From Candidatus Levyibacteriota bacterium (GTDB taxonomy: Bacteria; Patescibacteriota; Microgenomatia; Levybacterales; GWA1-39-11), in the NCBI GenBank assembly GCA_050255815.1, contig JBLMVJ010000035.1:10727-74726 (forward strand): a DNA stretch of 64,000 nt. The letters run 5' to 3'. The stretch's first letter is position 1, and the number at the start of each line of letters is the position of its first letter. The notes beneath the pieces are model-generated. The model was not told where the DNA came from, searched no databases, and saw only the letters and a program-made list of their open reading frames with translations. A program made the translations under genes and the position numbers. This document shows, piece after piece, positions 45,614 to 55,964 of this stretch.

Positions 45614-47032
45614 CTAGAGCTCCAGACCCATCTGCGGGCTTGTCTTCTTCTTATCTATATGCAATATTCCATCTTCTGCATTCCATATTGCTACTTTTCC
45701 GTATTCTCCGTCAAATCCCGGGATTATTGAAATATTCCTGGACCTTACCTTCTCTACTCCTTCCGCTACGTCATTTCCCACCAGTTTTCTTATTTCATCA
45801 AGAGAGGTCCTTAAAAGGATTTCATGTTCTGTGCTAAACTTCTGCACTAAAGAGTCAAATACGGCCAAGACCTTTTGGGATGATGGCATGGAATGTATAG
45901 CCTCTGCAATGACCTCCAATAATGGGACCAGATTTACAGATGGAGGCCTGATTGCTTTAACGTCCTGTATCCATACCACCCCATTTCCGTCTTGTTTCAG
46001 GGTAAAATTCTGGGAAGGGTTTGAAGCCAGGTCCTCTACCCTATGCATTACTCCTACCGTTAAAGGCCTGCGGCATACCGGACATAATTTATCTTTTGGT
46101 GTTTCATCAGGTGAATAGGAGACTTTACAATTCCGGTGGCCGGTATAATGGTACTTACCCTCTTCAGGATAGAACTCTATGGTATAGCCCAGCTCAAACA
46201 CCTTTTCTTTTCCCCGTACCAGCCCATTCATGATGTTGCTATACGTAATATCCTCATCTTTAATTCTTGATTCCTGATTCTTGCTTCTTAACACTGTTGC
46301 TTCCCGGCCCATTTTCTCCAAAGAATGCGCATCAGAAAAAGAAACAATAGAGCGGGTGTCCAGTTCTTTAATCCGCCAATTCATAGATGGATCTGAAGAA
46401 AGCCCGGTCTCTATGGCAAAAATGTATTTAGCATACTCTCCAAAACAGTCTGTAATATGGTCATACCCTGATTTAGACCCATATAAAGAAAACCATGGTG
46501 TCCAGACATGGCATGGGATCAAAACTATACGGGGATTAATTTCAAAAAGCATTTCAGCCAGGTTTCTGGAACTGATCCCTAAAATTGGCCTACCATCAGA
46601 GGACAAGTTTATTCCCCGGCTTACCAGGCCTTTATTAACCTTCTCTGCCGTCTCAAAATCAGGAGACAGGATAAGGTTATGGATACGGTGGACTTTTCCG
46701 TTTTCTGAATAGATAGCTGCCACCTCTACTGAAAGCATAAAATAAGGACCTAAGAAAGGCTGGGGAGGCAATGCATTTGCAGGAATAAACCGGTCTTTTA
46801 ACTTGAATATACCCGGCTGGAATTCCTCAAGCTGGGAAAAGACTTCCTTAAACCAGACAGGATGGGTAAAGTCAGCCACTGAAAGGATATTAATCCCCTT
46901 CTTTCTGCCCCACAAATACATATTGGGGAGGTTCATGCGGGGAGAAACTGCACGTGAGAATCTGGAATGAAGATGTAGGTCTAAGACTAGTTCCATGCAC
47001 CTCATTAAAGCATGGAAAATTCTAAGATTCAA
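45614..47032 (-). CDS. PHP-domain endonuclease Q (EndoQ/TIGR00375)-like protein
   Basis: LDLHLHSRFSRA PHP start, IPCHVWTPWFSLYGSKSGYD, FYPEEGKYHYTGHRNC, and zinc finger CPVCRRPLTVGVMHRVEDL. The start may be ATG 46996. Confidence 0.7.
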   Translation of the reverse strand: MNLRIFHALMRCMELVLDLHLHSRFSRAVSPRMNLPNMYLWGRKKGINILSVADFTHPVWFKEVFSQLEEFQPGIFKLKDRFIPANALPPQPFLGPYFMLSVEVAAIYSENGKVHRIHNLILSPDFETAEKVNKGLVSRGINLSSDGRPILGISSRNLAEMLFEINPRIVLIPCHVWTPWFSLYGSKSGYDHITDCFGEYAKYIFAIETGLSSDPSMNWRIKELDTRSIVSFSDAHSLEKMGREATVLRSKNQESRIKDEDITYSNIMNGLVRGKEKVFELGYTIEFYPEEGKYHYTGHRNCKVSYSPDETPKDKLCPVCRRPLTVGVMHRVEDLASNPSQNFTLKQDGNGVVWIQDVKAIRPPSVNLVPLLEVIAEAIHSMPSSQKVLAVFDSLVQKFSTEHEILLRTSLDEIRKLVGNDVAEGVEKVRSRNISIIPGFDGEYGKVAIWNAEDGILHIDKKKTSPQMGLEL

Positions 47033-47307
47033 TCTGCTATTTATGCTGCCGGTTGGAATGAGGGACGGATTTTGCGCGGTTTTCTTGGTCTTCCCGGCTG
47101 GGGAGGAACCTCTCCGGCTGTCGCTTTTAATACCGGCCTATTTACCGGCTGCAACACCCGTTCTATCCCCTGACCTTCTCTATGAAAGGGTTCAGGAAGA
47201 GGCGCAAAACTTCTGCGTTCAATAGAGTCTGCCATATGAAAAAGATAATACTGCGAAATTAAAAAGAATGCAAGCTGAGCTTGTAAGGATTTGGGGGGTA
47301 CTATATA

Positions 47308-47604
47308 ATGGGTTACATGCAAAAGGTAGGTACTATTTTAGATAAATTTAACCCCGTAGCTGATAAATATATCTCACGCGAGTTTCAATCTTTTGGTATC
47401 TACATGTCAGAAGAATTAAACGATTATAAGCACAAATCCCTCTATATAAAGTTGGCAAAAACTACCAATAGGGCACTTTTAGAGAAGGCGCTCTCCTTTG
47501 TTAAAGACGCAAAAACCACTACCCCTAATAAAGGCGCCCTGTTTATGTGGAAGCTAAAACAACTCCGGGATGCAGCTGAGGGGAAAGAAGAGAAAAGCAC
47601 GTAG
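47308..47604 (+). CDS. hypothetical protein
   Basis: 98-aa ORF with no recognised motif. Confidence 0.4.
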   Translation: MGYMQKVGTILDKFNPVADKYISREFQSFGIYMSEELNDYKHKSLYIKLAKTTNRALLEKALSFVKDAKTTTPNKGALFMWKLKQLRDAAEGKEEKST

Positions 47605-47630
47605 CACGTAGTTTCTAGCAAAAAAAGACT

Positions 47631-47924
47631 ATGAATTCTTCTTATGAAAAAGTTTACATGGCAACAAGGCAAATCCCAAAAGGGAAAGTTACTACCTATG
47701 GAGCCATAGGCAAGAAGCTTAATATGTCTCCCCGGGTAGTAGGACATGCGCTTCACGCCAATCCTTATGAAGGTGACGTTCCCTGCCACCGGGTGGTAAA
47801 CCGTGACGGACGAGTAGCGCCTAACTTTGCCTTTGGAGGGAAAGATATCCAAAAAAAACTACTTGAAGCGGAAGGAGTTATTTTTCAAGACCAACTTCAC
47901 GTGAAGCCGGAATTCATTATCTGA
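47631..47924 (+). CDS. MGMT/Ogt C-terminal-domain protein (DNA-binding domain with PCHRV cysteine retained)
   Basis: IPKGKVTTYGAIGKKL and VPCHRVVNRDGRV motifs. Only 97 aa, so the N-terminal domain is absent. Confidence 0.7.
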   Translation: MNSSYEKVYMATRQIPKGKVTTYGAIGKKLNMSPRVVGHALHANPYEGDVPCHRVVNRDGRVAPNFAFGGKDIQKKLLEAEGVIFQDQLHVKPEFII

Positions 47925-48485
47925 CTACCACGTCTGGCACGCAGCGTCTCCCATACAGACTTTCCATGATATGCTGTTTCTAGGCCCATACTGGTCAAAC
48001 ATGCTATCCTTTGGATTATTAAGGTACTGGGTTACCTCTACTCCGCAGGCAATAAGCGCATATTGGATTCCGTCAGACCGGTAAAGAAAAGCTTTCTTTG
48101 TCCCGTTCCCGGCAGGAGTAGGACAAGAAGTATCCCCACCGGTAGGGTCTGCCGGCAGCGCTTGTATGTACTTAGGGGCCAGGTTGGGTATCCATCCCCC
48201 TGCTCCACCATTATTACTAAACGTATCCCCTCCGTCAGAGGAATAATAAGCGTCACCTGTTGAAGGATAATTTCCGTTATCGTTGTAATATTGTTCCAGC
48301 GCTCCCTGCAGCTGCTTCAGGATGGTACGCCTCTGGGAATCCCGTGCTTTTGCAAATTGGGTAAGGGGGTTTAGAACAGAGAGGAGGACTACAGCAAGAA
48401 CTCCTAAAATTCCTATAACGGTAATCAGCTCAATGAGAGTGAATCCGGCACGAGTTTCTATAAGCTTTGGGGCAGAAAACCTCAT
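47925..48485 (-). CDS. type IV pilin/pseudopilin
   Basis: Prepilin N-terminal motif AGFTLIELITVIGILGVLAVV. Confidence 0.75.
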   Translation of the reverse strand: MRFSAPKLIETRAGFTLIELITVIGILGVLAVVLLSVLNPLTQFAKARDSQRRTILKQLQGALEQYYNDNGNYPSTGDAYYSSDGGDTFSNNGGAGGWIPNLAPKYIQALPADPTGGDTSCPTPAGNGTKKAFLYRSDGIQYALIACGVEVTQYLNNPKDSMFDQYGPRNSISWKVCMGDAACQTW

Positions 48486-48526
48486 ATCTTAAGTTAACCA
48501 CAGGAAAATTGACTAGTCAATGAAAA

Positions 48527-48599
48527 GGAAATTAATAGATATTAATAGAAATTAAGAAATTGATTGTAATTGCACAATTAATTTCCATGAATTTCGCGA
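48527..48599. repeat. 74-nt GAAATT-rich intergenic element, copy 2
   Basis: Matches 29685-29758 apart from three substitutions and one indel. Confidence 0.85.
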
Positions 48600-48626
48600 A
48601 GCAAGTTTCTATCAGTTTCTAAGGTG

Positions 48627-50399
48627 TTATTTCTTTTGCGCTTTGAAGATTTCTTCTACTTCTTGCAGGGTGGTTGCGTCTTCCGGCTTTTTGTCATCCC
48701 TAAATTTTTCTAACCTGGGAAACCGCAAAGCATAGCCCGGCACATCTACGTCAAATGCTGACCCTGATTTGGAAGGCTTCATACTGCGTCCTGCGGTATG
48801 CACGGGGGATCGGGTCAACTCATCAGCCTTAATTTCTACCACTATTTCCGGGTTTACCCACACATCCGGCTCCAGCCATTTATCTACTTCAAACAGTACT
48901 GGCTTGTGGCTTGCCTTAATCCTCTCTGCCCTCCTGTGCAGCTCTTTCCATTCTTCATCAGTCAGTCCGGTTCCCACCTTTGCTATAGTTTCAAATTTAT
49001 CCTGTTTCTCATTGTAAATCCCTATCAAAAACGCTCCTATCCCAAAAGACGTCCGCTTTCCCCGTCCTGAATAATACCCCATGACTACACAGTCCACCGT
49101 GTCTTCCAGTTTTGACTGGTATGACCGTTTCAGCTTTATCCAATTCCAGCCCCTGGCGCCCGCCTGATACGTACCGTCTAGTTTTTTAGCCAGGATTCCC
49201 TCCAACCCCCGGGAAATGGCATCATCAAAAAAGTTTTCTATTTCTTTTGCATCCCCCAGAACCTGCTCTTCTGCCTGATAGATAGTCTTTCCTTCTTTAA
49301 TGATTCTAGAAACTGCCTTCCTGCGGTCTTTATATGCTTCAGGGATATAATTTTTTCCATTCAGGTACAGCAGGTCAAAAACCATCAGCTTCAGGGGAAT
49401 CTTTTTTGCCATTTCTTCTATGTCATACTTCCGCTTTCTTTGGGCGGTCAGCTGGAACGGAAGATATTCATTTGTTTCCGGATTGTAGGCAATTGCTTCC
49501 CCCTCCAGAATCACTTCATCCGCATCTATTTGGGAGACCAGCCCTTCCTCTACATCCGGGTACATAAAGGTAACCTCTTCAAGATTTCGCGTGAATAGCT
49601 TTACTCTAAACCCTTTCCCCTTTTCCCTCTTCAGGTGCGCCTGTAGCCTAAATCCGTCAAATTTTGGCTCTATAGCGCATTCCCCTATCTTATCTACAAT
49701 TTCCTGCCCTGAAGAAAGACGCTCTGCGCGGGCCATAAGGATGGGGGTAAAAACTGATGGCTTTATATGTGATAAGCCCTTCAAGCCATCCTCTTTTATA
49801 GTTTTTCCTATTATTCCCAAATCAGGCCGGATGTTATATGCCCGCTCAATTTCCGGTCTGGCTTTCTTATCTTTCCCCAGCATCCAGGATAAAGAATCCA
49901 GAACGGTCATATCAGAAAAGCCCAGGCGGAGCTTTGCCACCGGAATCCTGGAAACAAATCTGCGGGATAACGGATCTAAATCCTGCAAAAGCTCTGCCAT
50001 AAGACCTATTTTTTTCTCTACAGAACCCGCTCCTCCACTTTCTGCAACCTGCCTCAACACTTCAAACACCTGGGAAACCGTACCATCTCTTCCCATTTTT
50101 GTTCCCCCCAGGCTTTGGGCTATCTCACCCAAATCCCCAACTTTTTTATATTCTGCTGCAGCTTTTTCATCTGAAACAGCAAAAGCCTGGGCTATAGCTC
50201 TTACCATCATCTTGTCAGCCATCCCAAACTCTAACGGTTCAAAAAGCGGCGCTACCCTTCCCTGCAAAAGATACATTACTTTATCAAAAACGTCCGCCGG
50301 CACTTTTTCAAAAAGTTCTGAGAGAATGAGAATCATGTCATTGCGGGAAGCAGTGTTTTCCAGTTTTTCTAAATGGATTGATAGCTCTGAGAATTTCAT
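48627..50399 (-). CDS. lig: ATP-dependent DNA ligase (Lig1/archaeal-type, DBD + adenylation + OB)
   Basis: Motif I EPKFDGFR, EGEAI, EGILAK, WIKLK and an OB domain. 590 aa. Confidence 0.88.
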   Translation of the reverse strand: MKFSELSIHLEKLENTASRNDMILILSELFEKVPADVFDKVMYLLQGRVAPLFEPLEFGMADKMMVRAIAQAFAVSDEKAAAEYKKVGDLGEIAQSLGGTKMGRDGTVSQVFEVLRQVAESGGAGSVEKKIGLMAELLQDLDPLSRRFVSRIPVAKLRLGFSDMTVLDSLSWMLGKDKKARPEIERAYNIRPDLGIIGKTIKEDGLKGLSHIKPSVFTPILMARAERLSSGQEIVDKIGECAIEPKFDGFRLQAHLKREKGKGFRVKLFTRNLEEVTFMYPDVEEGLVSQIDADEVILEGEAIAYNPETNEYLPFQLTAQRKRKYDIEEMAKKIPLKLMVFDLLYLNGKNYIPEAYKDRRKAVSRIIKEGKTIYQAEEQVLGDAKEIENFFDDAISRGLEGILAKKLDGTYQAGARGWNWIKLKRSYQSKLEDTVDCVVMGYYSGRGKRTSFGIGAFLIGIYNEKQDKFETIAKVGTGLTDEEWKELHRRAERIKASHKPVLFEVDKWLEPDVWVNPEIVVEIKADELTRSPVHTAGRSMKPSKSGSAFDVDVPGYALRFPRLEKFRDDKKPEDATTLQEVEEIFKAQKK

Positions 50400-50968
50400 T
50401 TTTTAACGGGAGGTTTTACTCTAAATACCATGGTTCCACTTTTTTCTAACCTTAATGGTTCGAGAATTGTTGACCATGTGGGAGTTAATTTCCATTTATC
50501 TGCACCAATCTCTTCAGGTCTTATTTGTCTACCTTTTATAGAAAAAAATACATTCAGTACTTCCGCACGTGATCTATTATTTGTGTTTGCTAATATTATC
50601 CCTGTTTCTGTACCTTGCATACTTGCAAGTGCTCCTTCAATGCCAAAAATGCCGATTGTGCCTCTCACCTTTTTTCCAGCCCTAATACCGGTTAATAGTT
50701 TTGCTTCTCCTGGGGTTGGGTTTAAAATAAAACCTTTAGAGGTAAGCATCATGTCAGGATCGATATTATAAGCATCTTTTACGTCCATAGAATTTCCTTC
50801 AAGCTCAGTTGCACCATCTACAATATTTACCTCGCGGTCTTTAATAAGAATCTTTACCCCACTCCCAATAGCGGCATGCTCGATTGCATTGAGTGCAGTT
50901 TCCCTATCTCTCCAATCAAGTTCCTGCAAATGTGCAAAGTCTAATTCTTCTTGTAATACATCTACCAT
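50396..50968 (-). CDS. hypothetical protein translationally coupled to the DNA ligase
   Basis: 190 aa with an ATGA overlap onto the ligase start. No motif recognised. Confidence 0.5.
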   Translation of the reverse strand: MVDVLQEELDFAHLQELDWRDRETALNAIEHAAIGSGVKILIKDREVNIVDGATELEGNSMDVKDAYNIDPDMMLTSKGFILNPTPGEAKLLTGIRAGKKVRGTIGIFGIEGALASMQGTETGIILANTNNRSRAEVLNVFFSIKGRQIRPEEIGADKWKLTPTWSTILEPLRLEKSGTMVFRVKPPVKK

Positions 50969-51013
50969 ACTGTGTTTGTATTGTACACTTTTTTGTGGCT
51001 ATACACCTCTGGA

Positions 51014-52045
51014 TTAAGCCATGACGTATTTCACGCCTTTTGTCACGCCTTTCTTCTTCAGTATCCCTTTTTTCACCAAATCCTGCACTTCCCTTAACAC
51101 CGTATCCTCAGATACCATAGGAAACAAAGAACTGTATGCCTTATTCTCTATATAGCCGTTTTGTTTTATATACTCTATAACTTTTAATTGCCTATCAGAA
51201 AGCATAATAGGCCCGCCCAGCTTTTTGCGCAATCCTAAATCTGCAGAAATAGACTCAATTTTTGCTTTTATTTTAGACAGTTCTGAAGACAAGCATTCGG
51301 TGAAATATGCAAGCCATACCGTCTGGTCTCCCTTAAACTTCTCCACACTCTGGAGCGCGTCATAATATTCTTTGGGATTATTATCAAAGTGTTCTTCCAG
51401 GGAGAAAAACTGGCGGATGTCATACCCTTCTTTAAACAAAACCAGGGTAGAGAGCGCGCGCCCTACCCTGCCATTCCCGTCTAAAAATGGATGGATCCGG
51501 ACAAATTCATAATGCACTACACCGGCCTTTAATACCGGATGCATATCTGATTCTTCCTGAATAAAGGACACCAGTTCTTTTACCTGCCAGGGAACCTCTA
51601 TCACTTTTGGCGGGCGGAAAGAAACCTCTCCGGTTATAGAATTTTTAATGACTACATCTTTATCCCGGTAGTCCCCTGATTTATCCAGAGGTAAAATGTT
51701 TGCCACCACTATCTTATGCAGCTGGCGAATTGTGTCCTCATCTATGCGCTTGCCCATAGTCCGCCCCATATATTCCATGACCTTCCGGTAGTTAATGACT
51801 TCCTGTACGTCCCTATTCCGCGCCGCAATAGTTTCACCGTCTAAGATTTTTTGGACCTGGATAAGGGACAATTCATTCCCTTCTATATGGGTACCAAAAT
51901 GGACTGAGCGGACCACTGCCTCTTCCTGGAACTTTTTCTCCCAATAGGGAAGCAATGGGGCATTTTCTATAACTTCCTTTGCCGCCTCTGTACTACCAAT
52001 ATTTTTAAGGATTGCGTTGGTGATAGAAAACGTGGGTGCGTACAT
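51014..52045 (-). CDS. fic: Fic family protein (AMPylase-type) with a C-terminal wHTH-like region
   Basis: HPFLDGNGRVGR matches the Fic motif HxFx(D/E)GNGRxxR. A THIEGN-like N-terminal helix is also present. Confidence 0.88.
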   Translation of the reverse strand: MYAPTFSITNAILKNIGSTEAAKEVIENAPLLPYWEKKFQEEAVVRSVHFGTHIEGNELSLIQVQKILDGETIAARNRDVQEVINYRKVMEYMGRTMGKRIDEDTIRQLHKIVVANILPLDKSGDYRDKDVVIKNSITGEVSFRPPKVIEVPWQVKELVSFIQEESDMHPVLKAGVVHYEFVRIHPFLDGNGRVGRALSTLVLFKEGYDIRQFFSLEEHFDNNPKEYYDALQSVEKFKGDQTVWLAYFTECLSSELSKIKAKIESISADLGLRKKLGGPIMLSDRQLKVIEYIKQNGYIENKAYSSLFPMVSEDTVLREVQDLVKKGILKKKGVTKGVKYVMA

Positions 52046-52075
52046 GCTAAAAACGAATGGTATTAGTGTGAATAT

Positions 52076-52342
52076 TTACGAACGCTTTTCTTCAAGTCGT
52101 CTGAGAAGACCTGAGAGCTGGTAGGTCACAAAGACCGCAATAATAGTAACAATAATGGCATAGAGAAGTAGCGAGATGAGTCCTGCATTTCCGGGAAGAT
52201 ATTTCTTCACATAACTATTTACAACTTCCTGAATAAGACTATTCCAGGCAAGAGCTGAAACCAGCCCAAAACCTGCAGTTGCCAGAGTCAGCATCTGGCG
52301 GACAATCTCTATGTGAAGCTTTTGCTTTTTTTCACTTGCCAT
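52076..52342 (-). CDS. small two-TM membrane protein
   Basis: 88 aa with two hydrophobic helices. Confidence 0.5.
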   Translation of the reverse strand: MASEKKQKLHIEIVRQMLTLATAGFGLVSALAWNSLIQEVVNSYVKKYLPGNAGLISLLLYAIIVTIIAVFVTYQLSGLLRRLEEKRS

Positions 52343-52486
52343 AGGACTATGCTCAAGAATACTCTCTTTTGCAATTTGCTTTTGAGCACATACTCAGAAA
52401 GTGAGGATTGCAAATTCGAGCTTGATGAGTATATTCTAACACACTTGTAAATTTACGGAGGGTTAAAGTACAATACAGGCAACTCC

Positions 52487-53533
52487 ATGACGGTTACACA
52501 TCTCACTCTTCAACACCTGAGGAATCATCTGAAACGCTCATTTGAATTCAAAGATATCACTATTATCATAGGCCGGAACACTGCGGGCAAAACAAATATC
52601 CTGGAGGCGCTCTCTATCCTCTCCCATGGTACTTCCTTCCGGGCAGTACGGGATGCAGATGTAATCCAGGAGGGACGTGATTTTGCAAAAATAGAAGCAG
52701 ATGTTTCAACTACTGATGACAAAGCCAGGCTACATGCTATTTTTGCATTACACGGAACTTATTTATCTAAAAAGTACCAGGTGAACGGCGTTGCCCGGTC
52801 TCTACGTACATTTTCCGAATATTTCTACACAGTCCTTTTTACCCCCCAGGATATAGAAATAGTTACTGATACGCCTTCCCTGCGCCGCCGCTACATAGAT
52901 TCTATCCTAACCAAATCCCACAAAGAATACCGTTCTGCCCTCTCTAAATATGAAAAAGCGCTGCGCCAAAGAAACCGCATGCTGCATGATGCAAAGATAG
53001 GCCGGAAAGAATACAGACGTGCGGATTATGAATTCTGGGAGAACCTACTCATAGAACATGGAACAATAATTCATCGGTTCCGAGAGGTATTTGTAGACTA
53101 TGTTAATAATTTCAAAAAGGAAGTTTTCCAATTTGAAATGTTTTATGACCACAGTATCATATCTACTGAGCGCCTGTTTAAGTATCATTTTGAAGAAGCT
53201 GCTGCAGGTGTGACGTTAGTGGGACCACAGAGGGATGACTTTAAATTCTTCTTCCCGGGTACCAAGAAGGAAATCAAGGAGTTCGGTTCCCGCGGTGAAC
53301 AGCGGCTCACCATCCTTCAGCTCAAACTAATAGAAATTAGCTACTTGCTACACGCTACCGGCCAAAGGCCTATCTTACTTTTAGATGACATATTCTCAGA
53401 GTTGGATGCGGAGAACATAGATATGATTTACCATTTTATTGAGGACCAGCAAACCATTATCACTACCACGCACCGGGAATTTGTCCCCAAAAAAATCCTC
53501 AAGCAAGAGAATTTAGCGATAATTGAACTTTAG
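52487..53533 (+). CDS. recF: DNA replication and repair protein RecF
   Basis: N-terminal GRNTAGKTNILEAL Walker A, SRGEQR signature, LLLDDIFSELD Walker B. Confidence 0.8.
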   Translation: MTVTHLTLQHLRNHLKRSFEFKDITIIIGRNTAGKTNILEALSILSHGTSFRAVRDADVIQEGRDFAKIEADVSTTDDKARLHAIFALHGTYLSKKYQVNGVARSLRTFSEYFYTVLFTPQDIEIVTDTPSLRRRYIDSILTKSHKEYRSALSKYEKALRQRNRMLHDAKIGRKEYRRADYEFWENLLIEHGTIIHRFREVFVDYVNNFKKEVFQFEMFYDHSIISTERLFKYHFEEAAAGVTLVGPQRDDFKFFFPGTKKEIKEFGSRGEQRLTILQLKLIEISYLLHATGQRPILLLDDIFSELDAENIDMIYHFIEDQQTIITTTHREFVPKKILKQENLAIIEL

Positions 53534-54056
53534 AAAGTTCGCCTTTTGAAATATAGAAAAATGTATTGTGGGGAGCGGAAACCAGATAGAATCCCGCCAA
53601 AGGCAACAGTACTTTCATAACAGCCGAATGGGAAACAATAAGAATATTGGCACCATTTTCTTTTGCCTTGATTTCACTATACGCAGCAGCAACCCTGGCC
53701 CTCAGTTCTGTCTTTGGCTCACCATAATCTTCATGCCCCAATGCCCTCACCTCAGAGAATGTCCTTCCTTCCATATCCCCTGCGCTCCGCTCATTAAACC
53801 CTGCTACTTTAACCAGATCAGCTATTCCCAACTCTTCCTGCAGAATTTCCCCGGTCTCTATGGTCCTGAGGTATTCAGAAGTATACACCGTTGAAAAAAC
53901 AAAACCTCTTTGTTTAAGTTTTCTTCCTAATGCCCTCGTCTCATCTTTGGAAGATTCCAGGAGGGGAATATGAGGAGTGCTTCCCTGGATCCGGTATTCC
54001 AGATTCCACTGGGTTTTCCCATGCCTTACAAAACCCTCAATCTGCTCTTTTCCCAT
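53499..54056 (-). CDS. histidine phosphatase family protein
   Basis: RHGKTQWN motif and a later SH motif (VSHSAV). Confidence 0.7.
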   Translation of the reverse strand: MGKEQIEGFVRHGKTQWNLEYRIQGSTPHIPLLESSKDETRALGRKLKQRGFVFSTVYTSEYLRTIETGEILQEELGIADLVKVAGFNERSAGDMEGRTFSEVRALGHEDYGEPKTELRARVAAAYSEIKAKENGANILIVSHSAVMKVLLPLAGFYLVSAPHNTFFYISKGELSKVQLSLNSLA

Positions 54057-54096
54057 GAAGGGAATGTATCAAGAAAAGCTAGAAAAATCAATCCGT

Positions 54097-54972
54097 TTAT
54101 GTGGTTTTGACAAAGTTAGTAAAAAGCTCTTTAATGTCTTTTGATTCCGAAGTATGGGTAATCTCATAAACAAAATGCGCAAGAGGAAGTTTTACTCCGG
54201 TTTCTTTCTCAAAATACGGGATAGACTCCACCGTGTAATACCCTTCTACAGTTCCCCTGGTTAATTCCAGACTTTTTTCCGGTGAGTGAAAGGCCAGATG
54301 CTTCCCAAAAGTAAAATTTCTGGATTCTTCACTGCTGCAGGTTAAAATAAGATCCCCTACGGTTGCCGGCATAGCCTTCTCATCTATAGGGTAATCAAGT
54401 TTTTTACGCAGGTTATTAAATTCTTCCATAGCCAAAAGCATGATTTTTACACGGGTATTCATCTCATACCCCAATCCGTCAGTAACCCCGCATGCTATGG
54501 CATAGATATTTTTAAACGCTGCTGCTAACTCCAATGACCGCACTCCGCGGGTTACTTTTACCCTAAAAAAGTCTGTCTGGAATAGTTTTTTTACCTCTTC
54601 CGCTTTTTCCTCATTGTCTTTGAATCCCAGGTTAACCAGCGTTGGCATTTTTTTCACTACTTCTTCAGCAAAACTGGGACCCATGAGGGTGAAATATGAA
54701 GGATCATCCAATGTCTTTGAAACTATTTGGAAAGGCAGGTCATGAGTATGCCGCTCTATTCCTTTTGCGCAGTTAATGTAGGTTATACCTTTTACACCCC
54801 GGCTGGGCTCCAATACTTCCCGGATTGCCTGGGTAGGAATGGCACCCACTACCGTAGACCCTTCTCCCAAAACCTCCCCATCCTGCCATATAGAAACCTG
54901 GTGGCTATTTGCATCCAAAACTGACTTCATGGCGGTTCCAAAAGCACCCGCTCCCATGAGTGTAATGTTCAT
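54097..54972 (-). CDS. gpsA: NAD(P)H-dependent glycerol-3-phosphate dehydrogenase-like protein
   Basis: N-terminal MGAGAFGTA Rossmann motif and collinear GpsA-like layout. Short at 291 aa. Confidence 0.6.
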   Translation of the reverse strand: MNITLMGAGAFGTAMKSVLDANSHQVSIWQDGEVLGEGSTVVGAIPTQAIREVLEPSRGVKGITYINCAKGIERHTHDLPFQIVSKTLDDPSYFTLMGPSFAEEVVKKMPTLVNLGFKDNEEKAEEVKKLFQTDFFRVKVTRGVRSLELAAAFKNIYAIACGVTDGLGYEMNTRVKIMLLAMEEFNNLRKKLDYPIDEKAMPATVGDLILTCSSEESRNFTFGKHLAFHSPEKSLELTRGTVEGYYTVESIPYFEKETGVKLPLAHFVYEITHTSESKDIKELFTNFVKTT

Positions 54973-55032
54973 ATTTATTTGAGATATTCGAGAAATAAAA
55001 TAATCTTCATTGATATTTGAGTTGATTCGAGC

Positions 55033-55845
55033 TTATTGTAGTCCTTTCATCACATAAGGGATTTCATTTGCCAGGTCTGAAGCATTGAAGGCAAGCCCTA
55101 CCTTCTTTTCCAGTGACTCCCCTGCTTTTTTATTAATGTATGAAGCTGCACAAGCTGCCAAAAATGCCTCATTTTTGCAGTATAATGATGCTGCCAGCCC
55201 TGCCAGCACATCCCCGGTCCCGCCTTTTGTCATGCCGGCATTTCCTCCTGAAACAGTAACGGTTTGGTCAGGTGATGCTATCACGTCCTCTACCCCCTTT
55301 TTCAAGATCACACAATGGTATGTATTTGCTGCTTCTGAAATATCCCTACCGTCCAGCAGGGTTTCATATTCTTTTTGATGGGGAGTAAGAATTGGCATCT
55401 GGTTCAAACCCAGTAGTATTTCCGGTTCTATAGTCTGCAGGCTACCGCCATCCAAAACCCAGCGCTTATCAGGATACGAAATCAAAAGTCGTTCAGTAAG
55501 AAGTTTTGTATCCTCTTCTCCCGGCTCCTGCCCTTCGGGACGGGGCAAACCGGGACCAATGAGAATAACATCTGCTTCTCTTATGTAGTCATCCAGTTTT
55601 TCCCTGGGTACCACAATGCCATTTTTAAAATCTTCTTTTGCTTTTTGGATAAGTTCATTGTTTTGGGGGACTGAGGAATAAAAAACCATGTCTACTATCC
55701 GTGATGCAACAGTTAGCGGCCAGATAGAGGCGGCGTGGAAAAGTGTAGAACCCGCAATGATAAGGATTTTTCCATTCTGCCCTTTGTGGGAATCAGCCGG
55801 CGGCACATAGAGACTCTTCAGAACTGATGGATCAAACTCATGCAT
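55033..55845 (-). CDS. ADP/ATP-dependent NAD(P)H-hydrate dehydratase (YjeF C-terminal-domain type)
   Basis: KGQNGKILIIAGS and GNAGMTKGGTGDVLAG motifs. Confidence 0.75.
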   Translation of the reverse strand: MHEFDPSVLKSLYVPPADSHKGQNGKILIIAGSTLFHAASIWPLTVASRIVDMVFYSSVPQNNELIQKAKEDFKNGIVVPREKLDDYIREADVILIGPGLPRPEGQEPGEEDTKLLTERLLISYPDKRWVLDGGSLQTIEPEILLGLNQMPILTPHQKEYETLLDGRDISEAANTYHCVILKKGVEDVIASPDQTVTVSGGNAGMTKGGTGDVLAGLAASLYCKNEAFLAACAASYINKKAGESLEKKVGLAFNASDLANEIPYVMKGLQ

Positions 55846-55964
55846 GGGGATATTGTATCATCTTAAGAGTATCAGGAGCATCATGGGTATCACGTGTATC
55901 AAGGGGAATTTGGAAAAAGCTCTTGGTACCCTTGGTACTTTTGGTACGCTTGCTACCCTTTTCT

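Noticed and set aside
47041-47322. 93-aa ORF (or its 64-aa ATG-initiated version, 47041-47235) just upstream of the EndoQ-like gene
   Set aside because: It could be a small basic protein, but it has no motif and no conservation I can assess, and it sits in a locally GC-richer leader. It is too weak to call.
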